A stretch of 64,000 nucleotides of DNA. Origin: Octopus sinensis. Its lineage: Eukaryota. This document shows positions 55,747 through 64,000 of the stretch, piece after piece. The translations under genes were made by a program, and so were the position numbers. The first letter of the stretch is position 1. Every line of letters starts with the position of its first letter. The stretch covers positions 31,806,001 to 31,870,000 of the forward strand of contig NC_043008.1 of assembly GCF_006345805.1 (NCBI RefSeq). The letters are read 5' to 3'. Below the pieces are notes generated by a model. The model did not search any database. It saw only the letters and a list, made by a program, of their open reading frames with translations, and was not told the DNA's origin.

Positions 55747-58700
55747 GGAGAACGAGCACCCTTTCAGAGTGGATAAATAAAATACCACTCATGTACTTGG
55801 ATTGTACTTGTAATCTAAACATGTTCCTGTCTCATCACATTATGTCACGTTGATTTTGCCTGAGAATTATCTTACGAGATGTATCTGAGGAATACTCAGA
55901 CACTCACACGTTCATTTCATGAGTAGAAATTCAGTTAATTAAACAACTGAACACTCATCGTCGAAACTAACGGAGCCTCTACATAGTAATAAAATTTGGT
56001 TACCCTATATTTATTTTGTATATAAAAACTTATTCCGCTTTTGTATAACATGCAGTTATTTAAAAGATAATAAAAGGCAAGAAAATTTATTTATGTTTTG
56101 TTTTGCGTTTGATGTGCGAACTTTGTAGCAGTGATATTGAGAAGTTTTAATATTTGATTGTTCTATCATGAATAAAATTTTAATGTTTGTTTTTAAAATA
56201 ATCTTTCAAAAAGTATAAGGAGACGTTTTATGTTAGAGACAGAAAGCGCATATTTTCTCTTGTGAATAAAATAAGTCAAAATGTCCTAACTTCATAATGC
56301 AACATTCTGGAATAAAAAGTAGGTTATAACATAACTCAGGTGATATCTACAAAAGAAAATGGCGCAGGAAAAGTCTTCTAAAAGCTGCGAATCCAGTCTA
56401 AATTAATTATGAATGTTTAGACAATTCAAGTTAAAGAAATGTTCAGAGGGTGAAAGTCATGAATGTAAAAATTCTCCAGATGAACAAGGATTTACACAAA
56501 CAGAAAGATCATATCTAATACATGTCCATTCAATATGGCGACAGATACGCCGAAGACGTCAATAAGCATGACAACTTAAATATACTGACAAAATAGAAGA
56601 AAATAAATGAATGCAAAAGTACTTTTGTTAAGAACCCCGAATCAATATCACTAGACACAACAAAAAGATCAAAGTTTAGGAAAAATTCACAGAAAAATTT
56701 CCTGCTAACCAACTTAAATTAGTGTCTGTTCTCTTTTCGTTAGAACAAACATTTAGCTTTGTGATGTACGGAGATCAAATTTCTTGCTAAAAAAAAAAAA
56801 GAAACAAAAGTTTTAGTGACATGAAATATTTAAAAATTCATCATTGAAGAAAATTCTCCATAGATATATAATAACTGAATCAGTAATGTGTTGTTTAAAA
56901 AGTATAATGTTTGTTGTTTTGTTTCCAAAATAAATTTATTGCGAATGTGGATGAGAAAGCATATTCGTTGTCATTCTGTCGCAAATATGAATTCAGTATA
57001 TGTAAAGATAAAGAAACAAAAGTGAGCTGCGGGAACATTATCATGAGGATTCTGGTCTTGTGGGGTACTTGCATTGGCTGAAGAAGGAAAAAGAGAGTTA
57101 CGTAGTCTTTGCTTGTTCTGTTAGTCAGTGAACTTCGGATTAACTTAATGGGGGCTTCTAAGACTGCGTTCGCATCATGTTCATATTTATCAGCTACTTG
57201 TCAACTACCTGCCTGCGTCTTGGCCTCAATGTCTGCTTCATAATAGCAACCAGGCTTTCGGGATTGAAAAGAACTATTTCCATATTTGATGATAGGCTCA
57301 AATGAGCAAATATGCGGGTTTTTTTTAGACAAGGTACGAAAATTAGTCATGTGGCTGCTTTTAGCTGACTTCATAACAAAACATCTTACTATCTGCTACA
57401 ATCGTATACGAAGGGATGAGTTGGAACCATACGGGACGTGTGACTCTGTAGGGTAGGCAAATATAGTTTGATTACATATAAAACATCAGATTTGTATAGT
57501 TATTTCTACTTCTAGCTTCTCTAAATTCAAAGCATTTTAGTTCACTATTCATATCGGTATTTTTATCACTTGGTTTAAGTTTGAATTTTAGATTTTCCAT
57601 GATTGCTTCCTTATTTTAGGCCTGATCGCACTGAGCCAGTTAACCGCCACCAGCAATCATTTCTTAGAACTCATGAAATTCTTTGTATATAACCTTCCAA
57701 GTGATTGCTTTCCACATTCTTTTAGAAGAAGCAGAGGGCGTGACATATTCTGACAAATCTCAGTGAGAGAGAAACGATGCGAGAGTAAAAGTTTTCGTTT
57801 GTCTCGTTTAAGAATAAATGTTTTAAAAGATGCTGATATATTTGAATGACAGCAAAATTCTACCTCAATAAAAACTGGATTGATGGTTATTTAAATTATC
57901 GAAGACTACCCATGAGATTTTGTAGAGTATTTCACACTTAGTATCTGATGCTGTTTCTATGGATCAAACCCTTTTAAGAGCCTTGGGGTGCATTTTTCTT
58001 CTTTTGGAAACGTTTCTGTCCTAGTTTAAGATTATCACAGAGCGTTTTACAAACAAATAAAAGTTTAAATTCATTCCCATCTTCACCATAAAATTTTGTA
58101 ATTGCTCGTAATTTAAAGAAGATTTGTGAAATATTTTGCATGTTGTTCAAGCTTCCTCAATTATTGATTTGTAGCTTTTTTTTTTTTTTTGAAAGTATAG
58201 GGAAAATTCATCCGTGAAAATTAGATAATTCTTTAACAAATAAGGTCTTCCATTTTCATGAGCCAAGTCTTACAGTCTCTACTTTAGACTCTCCAACCAT
58301 AATTCCACTCGTTGCAGAATGCAGTACATCACAAACAGCAAAATGTATAAGTTGATAATACTGGACAACAATTTTCTGGTAAATAAGTTTAATTTCTTTT
58401 CCAATTATACCATTACTGAAATTCCATCTTTTGTGCAACCAGGTATATACCGATTTAAATCGAGGATTCTAATCTCTTAAAAACCATTTCAGCTATTCAA
58501 ATACTACGAAATAACCTACTCGATCAACTATAAGCTGGGGATTTATGCTTTGTTTCCCTCGGAACATTAACCTTGATATATTTCCTGTTTTGCAATGAAA
58601 TATATTCAGTATGTTAAAGAAAATCTAAGTCCTTGTTTAATGGCTGCATCTCAATCCGAGGAAGACGATTTTGCTACTTTTTGCTCAACAAGCTGAACTA

Positions 58701-58763
58701 TATATCAATACAAATTAATATAAAAAGTAGAAATAGTGTGAATATTGGTACTAAGTATACATG

Positions 58764-58809
58764 TGTGTATGTATGTATGTATGTATGTATGTATGTATGT
58801 ATGTATGTA

Positions 58810-58840
<31 letters not shown>

Positions 58841-58871
58841 ATGTATGTATGTATGTATGTAGGTATGTATG

Positions 58872-58905
<34 letters not shown>

Positions 58906-58931
58906 TGTATGTATGTATATGTATGTATGTA

Positions 58932-58964
<33 letters not shown>

Positions 58965-58991
58965 ATGTATGTATGTATGTAGGTATGTATG

Positions 58992-59025
<34 letters not shown>

Positions 59026-59080
59026 TGTATGTATGTATGTATGTAGAGATAGATAGATAGATAGATAGATAGATAAATAG
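58764..59080. repeat. (TATG)n/(TG)n/(GATA)n compound microsatellite with a 120-bp higher-order repeat
   Basis: The variant AGGTATGTATGTATATATGT recurs at 58861 and 58981. Confidence 0.9.
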
Positions 59081-59787
59081 ATAACAATGTACAGTACCTT
59101 GAGAGTGGTTGTATGGATGGGGGGGCGATTAAGGATACCTACTAACTTCACTTTTTTCTTATTGTTTCAGTGAAGCATATAAAAACTAGACGGTAATAGA
59201 TTAATTTTAATTAGAGGCTCATGCGAGTCTAGGATAGGGCCAGTTGTTTTGTCGCGAAAGAAGAAAGGTAATTTAAATCCTCAAAAGAGAAAAGGAAATA
59301 GTTGATAAGTACTGAACTGGTCAGTCTTGACCTCTTTATTACTTTGTCGATTCCAAACGTTGTATTTTATCCTTCATTCTATTCTATAGTCTTTTTAGAA
59401 CTTTCTTCGTTATAATCTGACCATTAAAATAAAATGGTAATTTATCGTCGACCTGACCCATTTCTTTCGTTTAATTTTTTTTTTAGTTATGTATTTTATA
59501 TTTTTATTGCAATTGTATTTTGTTTGTCACTATATCTATGGTTTTAGTTTTGTTCGTAAACTGCAGAGAATCACACATCTCTCTGGGTATGCATTATCAC
59601 ACTGAGTGAAATGGCGAGAGAATCTAACGAAGAATTTATTTGAACAATCACCTGAAAAGGCGCGTTTTACACCTTGGACGTAAGATGCTGATTGTACAAC
59701 ATTTCACCTATGTACTAAGCAGTTCTAGTGATTTTAAATAAAGAATGTCGTTTCTATCATTTCCTATCACACACACATATATATATT

Positions 59788-59842
<55 letters not shown>

Positions 59843-60282
59843 AATTTAATTTTCTCGGGAAGAAAGAAGGTAACGAGAGAAACTTGGTGAGAAGAGAGAT
59901 AAGAGTTGTGTCCCTTTGGTCCGTTAGAAGTGGGGTGAACAATGATTGGTGGACTTAATCCGGCGGAGAACGGCTAACACCACTACCAAACATTGTTACT
60001 CCTTCTTCGGAAAGACCAAAAGGACAAGCTTTCTTTTTCTCGCTTCTTTCTTTTTTCTTGCTCATCTTGATCTTTCTCGCTTTTTCTCAGAGCGACCAAG
60101 TATATCTAGAGCCTGAACGATTGCAGGATAATACATGGCACGCTATACAAACTCGTCCAATTAATATATTACCTGAGCATGAAACTGATGGTAGCGCACA
60201 TTTGAATCCTATGTTTATTAACTTATATTAATCTCTCGCTAGCTGGAGTACTTGTGTTTGGCGATCCTACCAATAACGAAAT

Positions 60283-60573
60283 ACAGTTTTATATTTAAGA
60301 GATGAGGAATTATGTACATTATTTACATTTTTCGGATATTTGTCCTCGTCTTGTTTGTTTTTAACACAACGTTTCGGCTGATATACCCTCCAGCCTTCAT
60401 CAGGTATCTTGGGGAAATTTCGAACCCGGGTTCTCATTCCTAAGGTATTTTTCGATGTTATTATTACTACTACTACTACTACTACTATTATCATTCAGGT
60501 CACTGCCTGGAATCGTACTCGGAATCTTGGGTTTAGTAGCCCGCGCTCTTAACCACTACGCGATATGCCTGTG
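60283..60573 (-). mobile_element. tRNA-headed SINE-like element carrying a hammerhead (left copy)
   Basis: tRNA-like head with A/B-box-like motifs (B box mutated GTACGA), internal triplet microsatellite, body with hammerhead, AT-rich tail. Confidence 0.75.
60364..60407 (-). ncRNA. Minimal type-I hammerhead motif in the left SINE copy
   Basis: ATAC-CTGATGA-A-GGCTG(10 nt)CAGCC-GAAA-CGTT-GTGT; palindromic ACGU stem III. Confidence 0.65.
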
Positions 60574-60643
60574 GCGTAGTGGTTAAGAGCGCGGGCTACC
60601 AACCCCAAGATTCCGAGTTCGATTCCAGGAAGTGACCTGAATG

Positions 60644-60691
<48 letters not shown>

Positions 60692-60704
60692 TAATAATAA
60701 TAAT

Positions 60705-60741
<37 letters not shown>

Positions 60742-60898
60742 GCAGCAGCAACATCGAAAATACCTTAGGAATGAGAACCCGGGTTCGAAATTTCCCCAAG
60801 GCACCTGATGAAGGCTAAAGTGTATATCAGCCGAAACGTTGTGTTAACAACAAACAAGATGAGGACAAATATCCGTCAAATGTAAATAATATAAATAA
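60574..60898 (+). mobile_element. tRNA-headed SINE-like element carrying a hammerhead (right copy, head-to-head with the left)
   Basis: A-box TGGCGTAGTGG, B-box GAGTTCGATTCC; roughly 90% identical to the left copy outside the microsatellite. Confidence 0.75.
60801..60844 (+). ncRNA. Minimal type-I hammerhead motif in the right SINE copy
   Basis: GCAC-CTGATGA-A-GGCT(12 nt)AGCC-GAAA-CGTT-GTGT. Confidence 0.65.
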
Positions 60899-61640
60899 CG
60901 ATATAGTACACTATATGTGTGTATGTGTGTTGGTAGGTAGGTAGGTAGGTAGGTGGGTAGGTAGGTAGGTAGGTAGGTAGGTAGGTAGGTAGGTAGGTAG
61001 GTAGGTAGGTAGGTAGGTAGGTAGGTAGGTAGGTACATAATCATACACACAAGTATATATATATAAGTCTGTTCATTCCATCTTGCTTTATAAATTTTTA
61101 TACATACATATATACGCACACACTCACACACACACATACACAATGTTACTATGGAAACAGGCATGAATGTGTCTGTGGCTTACGATTAGCTAGAATTATC
61201 CCAAATTTTCAAACTTTAATTGCTAAAAACTCTTTATTTATTGATTTATGGCGAAAATGATTTTCGTGGCATTCATTAGCCTATAAAAGTGTATCATTAC
61301 ACTGCATATCAAATCAATTTGAACAGAAATTGACCCTGGCAGCTAAATAGAAAAGATGCCTCTTACGAAATATATCATTTCAGCATGGACTTTGCAATGG
61401 AACAAAAATAAAGATTACAAACCTATGAGATATTTGTATAGAAACAGAGTTGATTCATAATTCACGATCAGAATCAAAGGTTTTAATTTAAAGAGAAATC
61501 AGTTTCCTATACGTTGAGGTGTTTCAACATAAATAAACAAGCCTTGAAGATAAATATTCGAGAAAAATTCATTATTTTTCTGTGAACCAGTTTTTTCTCA
61601 TGGAGAATTGTATGAGTCTCTTTCAAGATCCCATGAATTT

Positions 61641-62216
61641 TATTCCTTTCTACTCTAGGCACAAGGCCCGAAATTTTGAAGGAGGGGGCCAGTCGATTAG
61701 ATCGACCCCAGTACGCAACTGGTACTTAAATTATAGACCTCAAAAGGATGAAAGAAAAAAGTCGACCCCGGCGGAATTTGAACTCAGAACGTAACGGCAG
61801 ACGAAATACCTATTTCTTTACTACCTACAAGGGGTTAAATATAGAGTGGACAAACAAGGACAGACAAACGTATTAAGTCGATTATATCGACCCCAGTGCA
61901 TAACTGGTACTTATTTAATCGACCCCGAAAGGATAAAAGGCAAAGTCGACCTCGGCGAAATTCGAACTCAGAACGTAGCGGCAGACGAAATACCTATTTC
62001 TTTACTACCCACAAGAGGACAAACACAGAGAGGACAAACACACGGATTAAGTCGATTATATCGACCCCAGTGCGTAACTGGTACTTATTTATCGACCCCG
62101 AAAGCATGGAAGGCAAAGTTGACCTCGGCAGAATTTGAACTCAGAACGTAGCGGCAGACGAAATACCGTTAAGCATTTCGCCCGGCATGCTAACGTTTCT
62201 GCCAGCTCGCCGCCTT
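61641..62216 (-). mobile_element. Trimeric form of the commonest SINE (184-bp internal unit)
   Basis: Same junction at 61810/61811 and 61994/61995. Confidence 0.9.
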
Positions 62217-63062
62217 GCCTATGAACTTTATTGACGTAAAAATAATGCCGTAAAATTCTCATAATAAATAAAGTAGCTCACAAAGATTTTCTCTCTTTCA
62301 GTATTATCTATATGACCTTCGTACAATCACGAGATTTAAGCACTTCAGAAAAAAATACAATTTCAAAAGAATTATATATTTCATGTCCTCTATAAACTTC
62401 ATACAATTTTATAGATTCCAAAATATCCGTGCAGTTTCTATAAGCACTGTTAGTTCTAATACTTAACTAAAAGATAACAGTCCTTTGAGTGCCCAGTTTA
62501 TAAGTAATATTATATTTCAGTGGATTCCAAAATATTGACTGTAGATGATATAGTGTTGACATATTTAATACACAGAGTTTTAAAATTCTAACAAGAAACA
62601 GATATGCAATAAAGAAGTAGAGATAAACGATATTAGTCAATGACTAATATTATCTTACTTTAGCAAATATAGGAGACAACTCCTGACGTTTCGATCTTAT
62701 TCTAACCTCTTCTACGAAGCAGTTTTCATTATATTAGAAATTGGTGATAAAATAATCATTGAGGGGAGCCATTTAAAAAAAAAACTATATTAGTTTAAGA
62801 TAGTGTTTTAAAGTATTTAACGAAGGGAGTCATTAAAAATTCCAGCATGGCCGCAGTCAAATGACTGAAACAAATAAAAGAATAAAATAATTAGTGAAGG
62901 ACAAAACTAAGCACTATTTAGATACTTAGTCGTGAATGCAGTTGATAGTCCTGTATCCGGAATGCTTATGATCGGGATTGATTCGGATTTCGAGATAGTT
63001 ATACACTTGCATCTTTAAAATAAAGGAACTTGGGTATGGAACCAAGTTCAAACATGTTATCC

Positions 63063-63141
63063 AATTACATTTCATAATAGAGTTCATTACATTATGAAAT
63101 GTAATTTCATAATGTAATGAACTCTATTATGAAATGTAATT
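63063..63141. repeat. 79-bp hairpin palindrome (38-bp perfect arms, GTA loop)
   Basis: Arms 63063-63100 and 63104-63141. Confidence 0.95.
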
Positions 63142-64000
63142 TCAACGAGTAGCTCCGCAACAACTAAGCATTTCTAATGGTAACTAATGAACGGTTTCTG
63201 AAATGTTCCATCTGGACCCTTTTTTTTTTCTCTCCCTAAAAAATAAAGTAAAATATGGTATAGGGTAAAGATCCCCTTCGGTCATGAATGACCATGGGAT
63301 TGCACCTAAAAAGTTACCCTCCGAGGCACAAGTCCGGGCAAAGTTGTTTATGAAAGACCAGCAGTCGCCCATGCATACCAGCCTCTCCTCTTCACGTCAG
63401 CCTCCCCTCTCCACGTCACTGATGTTATCCAACGGAAAGGCAAAAGCCAATACAGCTTAGCACCAGGACGTTGCAATTCATTTCTACAGCTGAATGAACT
63501 GGAGCAACATGGAATAAAGTGTCTTGCTCAAGAACACAACACACAACCCGATCCGAACTCACTGCCTTATGATTGCAAGAGCGACGTTCTTAACCACTGA
63601 GCCATGCGCCTTCACAAAGTAAAAATCAAACATTTTTTTTTTAAATCGTATTTTAGAATTATGAATAAAAGAGGGTAAACTGTAGTGTTTTCCTCTAGTT
63701 TTTAATTGTAGAATCTGTTACTCTAGGTGAATTTCTGACTTCCTGATAATAGGATTGCTTGGGCGGTGAGCTGGCAGAATCGCTAGCACGCCGAGTAAAA
63801 TGCTGAGCGGTATTTCGAATGTTCTTACGTTCTGAGTTCGAATTCCGCCGTGGTCGACTTTACTTTTCATCCTTCCAGAGTCGATAAAGTACCAGTTGAA
63901 CCCTGGGGGTCGATATAATCGACTTTCTCCCTTCTCTGGACTTGTGCCAAAATTTGAAACTATTATAATAGAATTGCTATTATTGCTGTTTAGGTCCAGT

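Noticed and set aside
57050-58500. Possible highly degraded LINE (HPKALK-like motif on the minus strand)
   Set aside because: Too few motifs to support a call.
60574-60640. tRNA gene
   Set aside because: No acceptor stem closure; it continues into a microsatellite and repeat body, so it is a SINE head.
62681-62720. Minus-strand GAAACGTC hammerhead-like motif
   Set aside because: The CUGANGA box is broken and stem II is poor; at best a dead Penelope-type relic.

Overview
AT-rich, microsatellite- and transposon-dense animal genomic DNA, almost certainly octopus (inferred from the gene and the SINE families; species not determinable). It holds one host gene on the + strand: a 14-exon ALDH1/2-family gene (CDS 13413-41559, 495 aa). 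All 13 introns are GT-AG and the frame is open throughout. The catalytic Cys (ALDH2 C302) is replaced by Arg (GQCRWSG), which marks it as the lens pseudoenzyme omega-crystallin. The promoter plus exon 1 occurs as two complete ~90%-identical modules and a third fragment, and the terminal exon lies in a 1.44-kb tandem duplication. The rest is degraded TEs: R4/Dong-like, CR1-like and RTE LINEs, a Gypsy remnant, mariner/pogo/piggyBac-type MITEs and many tRNA-derived SINEs. Notable oddities are minimal type-I hammerhead ribozyme motifs (two inside a head-to-head pair of tRNA-headed SINEs, one antisense in intron 7), an ORF1-only LINE-like element whose 3' tail resembles that of the commonest SINE, and several long perfect palindromes. 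Everything was read by eye and no searches were run; TE boundaries are approximate.
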